Origin: Welwitschia mirabilis
Lineage: Eukaryota
Direction: 5' to 3'
DNA: 40,322 nucleotides
Assembly: GCA_051453625.1 (NCBI GenBank)
Contig: JBOZIK010000001.1
Coordinates: 17,200,337 to 17,240,658 of the forward strand
Each line of letters opens with the position of its first letter. Position 1 is the first letter of the stretch. The notes under the pieces are model-generated. The model searched no databases. It saw only the letters and a program-made list of their open reading frames with translations, and had not been told where the DNA came from. A program made the translations under genes and the position numbers. Below, piece by piece: positions 21,688 through 35,116 of this stretch.

Positions 21688-23990
21688 CATCAATACTATA
21701 GCTTTTGGGATGAATAAAGTGGCTATAACTAAGTTTCTATAGCACTATAGGATCAAGCCAAAACAACTTTCACTTTTCATTAGAGTACTTATGCTTATAA
21801 AGTACTATTATTTAGAGCTTATAAAGTACTATCATTTAGATTATGTAATGCTTCCACTACTTTTTAAAGGTTAGTAAATAGCATTTTTCAAGATATTATA
21901 AGAATATTAGTCAAAGTATTTGTGGATGATTTCTCAATATTTGAAAATAACTTTGAAGAATCACTAAATAATCTAAAATGAATTTTAGTAAGATATGAAG
22001 AAAAATGCCTTAAACCTAGCTAGACATAAGATTTCTCAAAAAGGAATTGAAACTAATAAACATAAAAATAAAGCTATAAAAGACATCCCACCCCTAACCA
22101 AATTAAAGTAATTGAGATATTTCCTAGGATATGTTGGATATTATAGAAGATTCACATCCAACTTTAATAAAGTTATGAAGCCTTTGAGTAACCTCTTATA
22201 AAAGGATATGGAATATGAATGAATTTATGAATGTTAAAATACTTACAAATCTTAAAGAATAAACTTTTATTAAGACCTATTTTACAAGCACCGAATTGGG
22301 CAAGACCATTCCACATTATGACTGATGCATCAAATCATGCTATGGGAGAAATCTTAGGATAAAAAATAAGGACAATAAATCTTATGCCATTGCTTACATT
22401 AGCAAGAAATTCAAACTAGCTTAAAAAAATTACATAATAATAGAAAAAGAGTTTTTAATAGTGTAATGACATTAGAGAAATATAGACATGATATTTCAGG
22501 TTATGAAGTGGAAGTTCATATTTACCATAGTACCATTAAATTTCTAATGGACATGAAAGAAGTACACTCAAGAATTATGAGATGGATATTTTTAATATAA
22601 GTGTTTAATTTAAAAATTATAATGAGGAAAGGAATAGAGGTTGTCATACTAGATCACCTATCAAGGTTAGATTTTCTAGATGAAGAATAGATTAACATAA
22701 GAGATGAGTTTCTAAAGGAACATCTTTTTCAAGTGATAACAAATCCCTGGTATGCTAATATAGCTAACTTTCTTGTGAACAAAACATTATCATATTTTAT
22801 AACTTAATATAAAAGAAAATGATTGATAAGGAAATATAGAAATAATATTTGACATGATAAGATTCTATTTAGAGAATGTAAAGATTACGTTATCAGAATA
22901 TGTATAGAAGAAAACATACAAACTGAAATCTTAAAAAAAGCTCCTAAAGGAAAAGGAGGAGGAAATTATAGTGTAAAAAGAATAGGAAAAAAATTCTCTA
23001 TATGGTATACTATTAGTCCACTATATTCAAGGAATCAAACATTTATATCCAAGATTGTGATAAATTTCAAAGAGAAGGCACATTTGTACAAAAGTTAGAA
23101 ATGCCATAATAATGGATTTAGATAATCAAATATTTTGATGTATGGGGAATAGATTTTATTAGACATATAAATCTTTCATCCTTTGAAAAAAGATATATTT
23201 TAGTCTATGTTAATTACTTTTACTAAATGGACTAAGGCTGAGGCTATGACTAATTCATCTTTCTAAACCATAGTTAATATTTTTCTTAAAAATATTATCT
23301 ATTGGTTTGGATCCTCCTATAGTATTATATATGATAGAAAAACCTATTTTACTAATGAAGTCTTTGAGAAACTTTTGACTAAGTTTGGGATCCACCACAA
23401 ACTCTCTATTGCCTATCACCCTCAATTCAATGGCCAAGATGAAGTAACTAATATAGAAATAAATAGAATATTTACAAAAGTTATGAATAGTAGGAAATCA
23501 ATTAGGCTAATAAATTAAATGAAACTCTATGGGTTTATAGAATAACTTGAAAACATACCATAAAATTTACTCTATATAAATTAGTATATGAAAAGGGGCT
23601 ATTATGTTAATTGAATTTAAGATAAAAATATTTAAATGAACTAAGGAATTAAAATCTAAATTAGATAAAGTTTAAACAAATAGATAAAAAACATGAATAT
23701 TTTAGTTCAAAATAGAAAAGAAGCTCTTTTGAGTAAATAACTAATACAATTAAAAAAACTAAAATATATAATGATAATAAAACCAGAAAAATAAATTTTA
23801 ATGTAGGATATTATGTATTGATTTATAACCCTAAGAAAATCCATTTAAAATAAAAACATAAATAAAACTAGCTAGGATACTATACCATAACAAAAATTAT
23901 AGGAAATGGAGCTATAGAAATATATGATCCTAATGAAAAAGTAACCTACCAACTTAATAAGCAAAGCGAACAAATGTATTATGTCATAAA
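21688..23990 (+). pseudogene. Family C non-chromovirus Ty3/Gypsy pol (RT-RH-INT), 5'-truncated
   Basis: SGYN*VSIA..DQAKTTF, LCNASTTF*R, VKVFVDDFSIF (FVDD 21919-21930), WARPFHIMTDASNHAMG and FDVWGIDFI (23134-23160)...YILVYVNYFTKW. Clearly diverged from family A. Confidence 0.92.
21793..21840 (+). repeat. 24-bp tandem duplication within RT
   Basis: GCTTATAAAGTACTATTATTTAGA followed by GCTTATAAAGTACTATCATTTAGA (one mismatch). Confidence 0.95.
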
Positions 23991-24301
23991 TTGGTGCTAA
24001 ATTATATAGGAAATCTTGATAATAAATCATGTATTATTTTTTTAAATTTTATTTACTTTATCAATTTACTAGATTATTTATGTAAATGTTATGGTTAACT
24101 ATAAAACAAGAAGCTAACCTAGTAAGTCTTTAATAGAAAATTGTGCATTATCTTTATTAAGAAGTTTGAAGAGACATGTTTCATTATAGAATAAAATATC
24201 TTCTAAATAAACCAAAGAGAGAAAGAAAAAGAGGGGGATAGGGGTTTATTAAGTAAAATAGTTTATTACATCCAGTTCCAGAATGATAGCAAAAACACTT
24301 T

Positions 24302-25008
24302 TTAAATCACTAAGTAAGTAAACCATGAATTCAAGCAACTCAATTCTTATAGTAGCCAAAAAACATGTTCCTCTTATATGAATAGTTACTCTTAGATGTC
24401 AACCTTACAAAATTCTCACTCGAGGGTAATAGATTCATCTTACTTAGAGACATTGATAGCATATTAATCTCCTATAAGTTGGCATGCCTAAATTTTTGAT
24501 AAGGTTTAGCATCCCAAATTATCTTCTCTATATTTTTTCGTAAAACTCAATGCAACAAGGCTAAGAATAGGGTTTGTAACTTGAACTTAATCTACCCTTT
24601 TCTCTAGCACTTGAATTTGCCTATCTAGGTACCTCAACGTGACATCACAAACCAAATTCCCATAATTGAGTTATTGATCTAATTCCTCAGTTTTCGCCAT
24701 TAGATACTTACCCACTAAGTGATGAATCATAGAACTAAAACTTGAGGGAATAACACTGCTTCCAAAGTGCCTTTGTTAGCCTTAGTAATGAAGGAATCTA
24801 AGGTTTCTAATGTCTTAGTAGTGGATTTGTTAACATAGTAAGAATACTATTATACTACATTTTTAGCCCTAACAGATACTTGATGTTACTAGGGATCTAT
24901 ACTACTAATGTACATATCTATCTATGTAGAATTCAAGTTGAATAAAAAGCGCTTCACCTTCTTGATTTTAGAGGTAGTAATGGAAGGAGAAGAAGGAGTG
25001 CAAGCCAT
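24302..25008 (-). pseudogene. Putative decayed antisense ORF downstream of family C pol
   Basis: MACTPSSPSITTSKIKKVKRFLF..., then after one inferred frameshift MIHHLVGKYLMAKTEELDQ*LNYGNLVCDVTLRYLDRQIQVLEKRVD... Higher GC than the flanks; stops are mostly TAG/TAA. Confidence 0.4.
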
Positions 25009-26289
25009 AAGGATTAATGAATAAANNNNNNNNNNNNNNNNNNNNNNNNNNNNNNNNNNNNNNNNNNNNNNNNNNNNNNNNNNNNNNNNNNNNNNNNNTG
25101 TAAAGAATGGGATTTATAACATAAGTCTTACTATCACCCTTGACAACTGTAATTTATTTTAAGTTACCTAATTCACATGTGTTTAGTTTTAAAGTGAAGG
25201 ATTAAGAAAAAGTGATATTCCTATTTGTTAATAGCTAAAGTATACAAATTATTAGCAGAAATCTTTTGAAATCAAGGGATTTCAAACTAACTAAGATTCA
25301 TCCTAAGGTTAAAAATTCAGATTGATCTATGATTAGTTCAAATTTTTAAAACTACATGATATTGTATGGACCCATAAAACTTTAACACCCTAAACTATAA
25401 TACTAGGAAATTATCAANNNNNNNNNNNNNNNNNNNNNNNNNNNNNNNNNNNNNNNNNNNNNNNNNNNNNNNNNNNNNNNNNNNNNNNNNNNNNNNNNNN
25501 NNNNNNNNNNNNNNNNNAAAACTTTAACACCCTAAACTATAATACTAGGAAATTATCAAGAACCTATGAATACTTTTGATTAAAAGACAATTCTTTTTAG
25601 TCTATATCTAATATCTTAAAGAAGAATTTCTTTTATTTTGATTAAAGGAAGAATAAGAGAAAACTTACTAATGTTTCTCTTCTAACATAAGATGGATCTT
25701 AAAATTAAAAGGATCACTTAGTTGATCGATACTAATCCTAAAGCCAAAACTTTTAGTTNNNNNNNNNNNNNNNNNNNNNNNNNNNNNNNNNNNNNNNNNN
25801 NNNNNNNNNNNNNNNNNNNNNNNNNNTTTGAACTAAATCTTAAGCCAAATTATTTATCTTCTTATGCTCCAAAGCATATAATTAAATGTGATTAATTAAC
25901 ACCAAATTAAAGTCAAAACTTAGAGTTGGATTTTAAGACAACCCAATGATTTTATTACTCTATAAGTAAGGAAAAAAAAATCAGTTGGTTAACTAATGTT
26001 GAGTTGAAGTTAGAACTTTGAATTAGATTTCAAGCCAGACCATTGGCAAGAAAGTTCCAAAATTCAACTAACACTAGTACAAATCCAAAGCTTTAGACTA
26101 AATTTCAAAACAACTTCACTTTTAAACTTGCTTTTAGAAGAGTTAGATCTTATTTTTGATAATCTACCTCATTTTTATTCTATAACTCTGCCATCATACT
26201 TTACTTTATCATTATTACTTGCTTTTATAACGATGATGATTATAATTCAAAGGACCCAATGAACTTCTTTGAACTATTTTAGCCACCTC

Positions 26290-27160
26290 CACAATATATT
26301 CAATGACCCTCATTAAGAATGCAAGAGTTCTTGATGATTCTTATTGAACCTAGTATTGCAAATAGTAACAATCACTTAAATATATCTTTTCATTACCTCA
26401 TTATTTCAATTAAACTTGTTCTCGATGACTCCTCTTCATTGTTAGTATCCATAATTTTAGCTCTATCTATAAATTTTTTTTTAAATTTATGCCTTACTAA
26501 CATATAATTTAGATTTTTTATCAACATCAATATATTATGAAAAAGATTTAGTCCCTTCTATCTTAGTTTTAGTTCATGATCAATTTTAGTCCTCCATCAT
26601 GTAAAATTAATACAATTACAAGTATAAGTTTTTTGCCTATATTAATTAGGAGTTAGTCCTATAACTTTTACATTTCATATCCTATTTTTTTCACATGCTC
26701 TATCATGTTTTCTCATTCTTTAGAATTTATGGTAAGTCAGCTTCATATAAAAGTTTCAAGGTAAACTCTATTGTTTGATATTAGAGCTTGTAGGAAGGGG
26801 ACTAGAATATCAAAAAAATAGAAATCAATAAATCTTCTAGTAAGAATGGCGATTATCACAATGGATTTAATAGCCTTCATTAAGATGTTTTTAGTTCTTA
26901 ATGACCCTCATCAAACCCTCTTCATGAGGAAAGTTACTATCCCTATTATGACACTTTTAGGAGTTTACAAGAAAAATGTTTTGAGCTAAGTTTTAAGTAA
27001 AATAACTATCTTAAAAAGCTAACTATAATATTTGAGGAAAAGGATTTTTTCCTCTAATCAAATACAAATGATACTTTTAGGAAGTAGATTAATAAAGAGT
27101 CAGAGGATTCTTATAGTAGGAGAAAATGTCCAAAGAGAGATAGAGATGAAATTAATTAAA
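26290..27160 (+). pseudogene. Possible decayed extra ORF upstream of an Athila-type PPT
   Basis: LRMQEFLMIL at 26313-26342 resembles the LV.EF motif of Athila extra ORFs, and there is a charged tail near 27000-27150. Position fits; otherwise weak. Confidence 0.22.
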
Positions 27161-27514
27161 GCAAATAAGTTATATTTTTAGAAGAAATTTACTCAATGAG
27201 GAGTTCTTATATAAAACTTCATGAATTTTATGTAATAAATTCTATGGTCTATAGAATATAAAGTAATCAACATAATATAGGAGAACCATGATCACATTTA
27301 TGTAATTGTTAGGATTAAAAGTGTTGATTTTGAGTTTAAAAAGCAAGAATAGTTGTAGAACACTAAAATTGTAGCACAAGAATCTATATCTTCTACTTTA
27401 CTAATCTCCTTGTACTATGAACATGCTAAGGGCAATATATTCTTTAAGAATTTGATGTTTTAAGCATTCATAACCAAAATCTCTATTTTTTATTTTTGTA
27501 TATATTGTTTCTTT

Positions 27515-27950
27515 GTCAAGGAACTAACAAAACCTTAAGCTTGAGGTAACTAATGAGGATAAATTTTAATGTAAATTATGCTTTTTAATGAAGTGTTTTC
27601 ATTATCTTCATCATTCATTTTAAATAATAATAAATTTTTTATATATTAATACAATTATTAATTAATAGGTTAGTTAATTATTATGTGAGTAGATTAGTAT
27701 ATATATTTAATTATTTCATTTTAGGTGCAGGATGTCATGTGGCATGAAGATAAAATAGAAGGTTAAGATGACAAATAAGTAGTAACAAACCCCAACCATA
27801 TACCTATTTCTAAGGAGAAAAGAATGGAAATGAAAAAATAAATAAGGGTCTAAAAATAAAATCACCACCAAAGGTGGAAATCTTTTTGGTAAAACATTCT
27901 AGGAATAGATAAGGTAAAAAGGTCAATAAAGGGAGCTTTAGCTATCCTAC
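27515..27950 (+). mobile_element. Athila-type 3' end (PPT region) and start of a TGAT-type LTR at 27551, interrupted by the family A insertion
   Basis: TCAAGGAACTAACAAAACCTTAAGCTTGAGGTAAC|TAATGAGG resembles the Athila junction CTCGAGGACGAGCAA...TAAGCTTGGGGGA..|TGAT after deamination. Confidence 0.55.
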
Positions 27951-29043
27951 TATTATGTTGTTAACTTACACATATTTGATAGGTTATTTTAAGTAATTTT
28001 GTAGGTAAATAGATAGGTAAATGCTTGGTTTCTATGATAATAGAGGGCTAGGATAAAAAGAATTAAAATATTCAATGTCCATGATAATTCACAAGAATTC
28101 TAAACAAATATGAATACTTTGTATTTCTGATGATAACTTCCTGCAAACATCAAGGCTAATACAATGATTGAAAAATTATTAAAGGTCATCATCCACCTCA
28201 TCATTTGGATAATTGTATAGATTACAATGCTAACTAGATGTTGACTAAAGTCTAACTGGTAGTAGATGTGGATCGATCATGAGGTGACATCATCTCCTCT
28301 AGTGTCTGGACAATCAGCCAAATGACACTATTGTAATGTTCGTACTGAGCATTCACTAAAATTTTGCCACTTGTATTTACTTTTATTCTTTGCATGGCTA
28401 TTTCAGTTTACCCATGTCTTTCTATTTTTAATTTTATGTCTTTTTAGTTAATAAATAGAGATATCTTCCTCGACTCTTGCTTGTCTTTATTTATATCTGA
28501 AATTTTCATGATAGGAGATTGAAGGATCGGAGATCAATCCTATAGTTTTAGAGAGACATTTTCTTAATATTGGGCAGTGTTTCTTCCATTGAGGTATGGC
28601 TACTTTGTAACATGAATGTGTGATTCTTAATACAAAAATGTTTCCCTTATGTACTTTAATGTATGAATGTTTTTCTTCCTTATAGCTTATGTTACTTAAG
28701 ATCTGGTGATAATTTCTCTTGTGATATAGGTTATTAGAGAAACTTTTATCAAGTTTGTACTTGGTTAGTTTAGGTTAAGTGAATTATTATTTTCATTTCC
28801 TAGATTAGTTTGACATAAGTATGTTTCATTTCATTCTCATGCATTACATGTTATTTATATAGATTAGGATATCGGTGTTTCTCTTTTGAAAGTAACTCTC
28901 TTATTTTTTACTTAGGCTTTTGATGGATTATAATATTTGAATTAACTTTCATTTATATTACTGTGTTATGTTTATGCATAATTATTTGTCATTAATAGGA
29001 TTCTACTGAAGACATAAACATTGCATAAATACACACCACAACA
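27951..29043 (+). repeat. Family A 5' LTR
   Basis: TATTATGTTGTTAACTTA aligns to TGTTGCGACGCCAACTTA (10713); ends ...ACACACCACAACA at 29043. Confidence 0.9.
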
Positions 29044-29046
29044 TCT

Positions 29047-29064
29047 TGGCACCATTGCTGGAAA
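29047..29064 (+). promoter_or_regulatory. Primer-binding site (tRNA-Asp type, Athila)
   Basis: TGGCACCATTGCTGGAAA vs TGGCGCCGTTGCCGGGGA: 13/18, all mismatches transitions, 3 nt after the LTR CA. Confidence 0.85.
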
Positions 29065-29514
29065 AGACTACTTAGAGTTCAAGAGTTATTATTACTTTAG
29101 TAAGTATTTCAGTTTAGATGCTTTCTATAATAGTGATGTATCAATATCTATGACAACATAGCTTTTCCCTTTCTGTAAAATTAGTTTTTTGTTTTTCAAA
29201 TCAAAGTATGTTTTTCTACTCTACAATAAAAGTCGCTCATTTACTTCATTATCTAGACAATGCATGGTGATGATAGCCTCTATGCCATGAGTTTTATATT
29301 TTAGTTTCCTATTAAAATATTATCCCCTTAGTTATCCAAATGACTTAAGTGGATGATAGTATATTTTTAAAGTTTTCTGTTAGAGTCAGTCCTTTGTTTC
29401 TGTTTTCTACTTTTTACTTTCTTATGGTTTCTGTGTTTCTATTATCTAGTATATCGTCCAGATGATGACAGAGATGATACTTTGCACATCTAAGACTGAA
29501 CATGAATGGTTAAA

Positions 29515-32500
29515 TATGGTGGAAAATAAAAATACCGAAGAAAATAACTATCAGTTACTGAAAATATTAGACAAGGTTTGATAAATTTAGAAATTGAAAT
29601 CGGTAAAAATAATGAAGATATATGAGATTTTTAAATTCTTGCAATTTTCACTTTTATTTTGTAGAGTTTAATTTTGTTATTATGTCTACCTTAGTCCAAA
29701 ATCTTAAACAACCTATCTCACCTGATATAATCCTTACCATTAGAACCCCTCTTACCACTCTTTCTCATACCAATACCAATATCATTCTTAGTGGATCTTA
29801 TAGTGAATAAGAAAAGTGAAATTCAACCTCCTTTTGACTTACCTTCTAGTGATGATGTATAACTCTATAACCTAAATGCTTATCCTATCTTTAGTAGAGA
29901 ACCTAATGAAGATCCTTTATAATCATTATTACTATTAAACAACTTTTCTTTACTTCTAGAAATCATAAAAAATGTATAAGTGATAGAACCTACATGGTTA
30001 TATTTCCCATTGCTTTAAGCGATAAAGCAAAACTATGGATTAGAATTATTCCCTAAAAAAGTATAAAATCTTAGAGTCAAGTTTAGGAATATTAAGAGAT
30101 TTATAAGTAAAACCATCATCCAAAAGTATAAAAATAATTCATTAACTTCCAATAAATTCTTAACAAAGATTATGCCTCTACCTATTAGAGATTCTTTATT
30201 GCTTTACATTCAAACCCTATAGATGCCTTTTCATAGGTAGAATTAGTTGACTATTTTTACCGTGGATTAAACAGTCATACAAAGCAAATTTTAAATTTTT
30301 TTTAATGGAGGCAACATGTTAAACCAAATCCTAGATGATGCTTAAAAAGTATTGGAAGATTTGATAGAAGTGAGTCAAACATGGCCTAAACACTCAACTA
30401 GAAAAATCTAAACTATAGGCCAAATCATTAAAGATCTAAAAGAGTTAAAACATAAAAAGAATGAAACAAGAACTAAAAATGAACCAATTACTGTTATTAA
30501 GGATTTCATATCTACCTTAGAAAAATACACCCAAATAATATTTGATGCTAAAGTAGGAATTGAGAAGAGTGAAGTTATAGTTCCAACATGTGATTTATGT
30601 GAAGATAGCTATCATGTTATAAAATATTATTCTTTGCTTCCTAATTATAAAAAAAAGTCTATGAGTAAGTTTATGCCTTTAACTAAAAACCTTTAAACTA
30701 CAACTAAAATCATGACTAAAGACAAGTCAAAAATCACAATAATTTTCAACATAGGATGAGTGAACAACCAAACTATAGAAATTTTTAAACACACCATCTT
30801 AACTTCTAACCTTTCAGAAATAGATTTGAAAATTCAAACTTTTAATCCAACAACTCAAACAACTTGGCAAGCTCATCCAACTTCCAAAACTAAAGTGATC
30901 CTCTTACGAACTCTATTGAGGAGTTGAAAAAAATATAAGAAAAAATAAAAACCAACATAGAAAACCTAGTGAGTATTTTACAATAAACTATGCTTATCAA
31001 GCAAAGACCATAAGGGTCTCTTGCTACTCAACCTTTACCAAATCCTAACAAAGTAAGAAAATGTTATAAGGTGATGATAAAAAGTAGAAATGATATAACC
31101 CCTTCTACCCATAAGCCTTTAACATCACAAAGTGATGAAAATGATGAGGAAGAGGATATATAAATCTTAGAAAACCATTCCTTTCTTTCTTTATTAAGCA
31201 ACAAAAAAAAAAGATTCTTCACAAAAAAATCTACTACCCCATGGCTTGATAGGCTTAACACGAATCCAATTTTTGATGATCATTTGAAAGCCTTAATGCA
31301 AAATGTAAGTATTAACCTAACATTTTGGAAACTCTTACAATAAAACCCAAGGTATTCCAAGCTAAGGAAACACTTAATAAGAAGAAAACAAAAATAATCC
31401 ATCCCTAGTAAAGTCTTTCTATCTCAATCTATTAGCAATTTGGTATGTCAAAAATGTCCAAAGTTTTAAAGATTTAGGGGCAGTAACTATGAGTTTTACT
31501 TTAAAGAGAAATCATAGAATAAAAAAAGCCTTGATAGATATTGGATCTAGTGTCAACATTATACCCTTATACATTTATCAACATCTTATTTTGAAAGAAA
31601 GAGTAGAACCTATGCATATTATGTTGGAGTTAGTTGATACTTTTGTGAAAAAATCCTTAGGTGTGATTAGGGATTTGGTAATCTAGATAGAAGAATCTTT
31701 CTACCCCATTCATGTACCTTTTTTAGAATTTAAGCACCATGGTAGATATCCTTTACTTTTAGGTAGTGCTTTCTATCCAATAACCCACTATCTCATAAAT
31801 ATAAGAACTAGTTTGATAAAGTTCCATTTTGGGAATAAATAATTTTCAATAAGAGTATTTGATGTGACTGAAAAAGGTTTAGGCAATGATTTAAGTTTGG
31901 AGAAAGAAATTAGACCAACTCTATTTTTATAGCACTTTCCACTTAAGAAAAGATAGTCCATTCTTCATGAATCAATCTTGTTTAATAATAACTTGGAAGT
32001 AGACTATTTATATATTATAATGATCAACTTGAGTTTGATCATCTGATAACTAAGTTTTTTGATTTGGAGAGTAGTGAATCTAAGTCTATCAATCATGTAA
32101 AATTCTAAAAATTTAGCAAACTTAAGATTTCCTGTTTTGAGTGTAGTTGTCCACTACTGATATATGGATAACAGTCTAAGACAATAATCTATTCTTCTAA
32201 GAAATTTTTTAGAAACAAAAAATCTTAGCTTAAACCTAAACATGAAACCTTTACCAGTGGACTGAGATATATTTTCCTAAATAGTGATCTAAAAAACCAT
32301 TAATTATCAATAAAAACATTTTTCCTCAATAAGAATCAAGTCTTATCTCTCTTCTAGAATCTAAGGTAAATGAATTTTCTTGATCCCATAATAGTTTGAC
32401 TTCCATACCCACTTCCATTGTGTAAAATAGAATATACCTCAAATAAAAAGCTAAACCTATGAGGCAACCCTAACGTAGACTCAATTCATCCTCAAGCAAA

Positions 32501-35116
32501 TTGTAAAAACTGGAATCATAAAATTTATGAATGCTAAAATCATTTACTCCATTGCTGATGGTGAGTGGGTTAGCCCCTTGATAGTAGTTCCTAAAAATGA
32601 TGGAAAATGACATATGTGCATAGAATTTTGAAAACTAAATGCGGTAACCAAAAAATACCACTATCCTTTACCTTTTCTTGATCAAATTCTTAATAGGATT
32701 TAAGGTCATGTTTTTTTTACTATTACCTTGACAGTTATGGTACGTAAAATTAGTTTTGCATTTCTAGAGAGGACTAAGCCAAAACTACTTTTACTTTTCC
32801 TTTCAGTACTTTTGCTTTTACATACATGCCTTTAGGCTTTGTAATGCTCTTGGTACTTTTTATCATGATATGGTGAGTTTATTTTTTAATATGCTTGAGG
32901 ATTTCATTGATATTTTTATAGATTACTTCTTTATTTATGCTAAAACTTTTGAACAAATCTAAGATTATTTAGACAAAGTATTAGACTATTGCATTTCTAA
33001 TGGCATCCAGTTAAGTTGGGAAAAGATTCTTTATCTTATAGAAAGTGGCATTATTTTAGGTCATCATATCTTTCAAGAAGGAATTAAATAGATGCTTCTA
33101 AATTTAGTATTATTCAAATTCTTAGTCTCCTTAGAAATGTTAAAAAAGTTCGATCTTTTTCTTGGTTATTGTGGTTTTTACCATCAATTCATTCATAATT
33201 ATTCTTTTATTTATAAATCCCTTCACTTATTACTAGAGAAAAATGATAAATTTGAATGGAAACAATCTTCTCAATTTGTTTTCGATAGGTTTAATTACAA
33301 ATTTTCTTATGCTCCTATAGTGATAAGAACTGATTCAGATCTTGATTTTGAGCTTATGTATGATGTGAGTAACTTCGCCGTGGATGGGGTTCTTTATCAG
33401 AAATATGAGAATGATTTTAAAGTTATATCTTATCCTAGCAAATCTTTATCTAGAGCTCAAATGAACTACACCACTACAGAGAAAGAGATGCTAGTCGTTA
33501 TCTTTTACCTTGATTTTCTTAGATATTATCTTTTAGGCTTTCATATGAATATTTACACCAACCATGCTACCATTCATTACCTCGTGATCAAGAAATATTC
33601 TAGTACTTATTTGATTAAATGGATTCTTATTATGCAAGAGTTTAACTTGACCATCATAAATAAAGTAGGGAAGCATAATTCTATTGCTAGTAACTTATCT
33701 CAACTTCCTTCTCCTCTAGATGATACTATCATTGATGATTTATTTTCTGATGAGTAGCTTTTCACTATCTCTTTTTCTCATCCTCCTCTATGGTATGCTA
33801 ACATTATGAACTATCTTGTAACCATGAAAACACCAAAATATTGGACCTATAACTAACGCAAATCTTTTCTTCATAGGATAGATGACTATGAGTGGATTGA
33901 ACCACATTTGTACGATAGGTATAAAGACCAAATCATGAGAAAATGTGTGTTTGATTGGGAGATACCTGAGATCCTTCATCTCTATCATGGTGGTATTTGT
34001 GAAGGACATTTTAGTAGACATAAAATTGTGATAAAAGTCCTCCATTTTGGTTTTTACTTACCTTCTCTTTTTTGTGATTCATTTGAATTTGTTATAAGGT
34101 GTGATCCTTATCAGCATTATGGTAGCCTTGTTCATTCATAGGAAATGTCTCTTAGACCTATTCTTAAGTGTGATACTTTTGATTGTTGGGGTATTAATTT
34201 CATAGGCCTTACTCATCCACCTTCTTTTGATAAAAATTATATTTTAGTGGTTGTAGACTATGTGACTAAATGAGTTAAAGCCATACCTACTTCTTTGAAT
34301 GATGCCTAAACTATCTGTCATTTCATTACAACTCATATCTTTTATTGATTTGGTTTTCTTAGAGTTATCATTAGTGATAAATGTACTCATTTTATTAATT
34401 AACTTTTTAAGAAACTTATTCTATCCATTGGTATAGAACATAGAGTAGATTATGCTTATCATCCTTAAACTAATAGACAAGCTCAAGATGCCAATAGAGA
34501 AATATAGAAAATGCTTTAAAAACTTATTTCTATTAATAAAAAATCTTGGGCTTCTAAGATTAACAATGTACTTTGGGATTATCATACTACTTGAAGTACT
34601 TCTCTTGGTTTTTCACCTTACAAACTTGTATATGGTAAAGTTTGTATGTTACTAATTAATGTGTGTTACAATTCTTATCATGTATCTCATCAACTTGATT
34701 TTGTGAATTTTAATGAAAAAATTAAATATATATTAACCCAGTTACATCATCTTAATGAAAAAAATCATGCCATACATCATTAATTAATTCATAAAGCCTA
34801 AGAAAAGTTCAAACATGATAAAAAGATTTTTCATAAAAAGTTTGAATCTAATTAACTTATCTTGTTATATCATACTAAAGTTCATCTTTTGAATAACAAT
34901 TAGACCTCTAAATGGTTAGATCCTTACCTTGTAGAGAAAGTACATCTTAATGGCTCAGTTGAAATTTTAGGTTTAACAACTAGAGAGATTCAGAAGGTTA
35001 ATGAGGAACGGTTGAGATTATATGAGGGATCTTTAGATACAACGATGAACATGATAGAAGTGCTTATTTTAGAGGCTCCCCTTAGTGAGAAGGACTTCCT
35101 CTCTATCATTGATTGA
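29515..35116 (+). pseudogene. gag-pol polyprotein, many stops and frameshifts
   Basis: FPIALSDKAKLW (30003), ALIDIGSSVN (31528), EWVSPLIVVPK (~32563), DIFIDY (32909), FELMYDVSNFAV...NYTTTEKEML (ORF 33092), YHGGICEGHF and FDCWGINF (34178). No chromodomain seen. Confidence 0.95.

Noticed and set aside
25377..25559. ~41-bp exact direct repeat
   Set aside because: It also flanks a 100-N gap, so an assembly artefact is likely.
33092..33757. 221-aa ORF as a functional gene
   Set aside because: It is a stop-free stretch of the decayed pol (RT/RNase H region); the catalytic DAS motif reads DVS and the flanking pol is broken.
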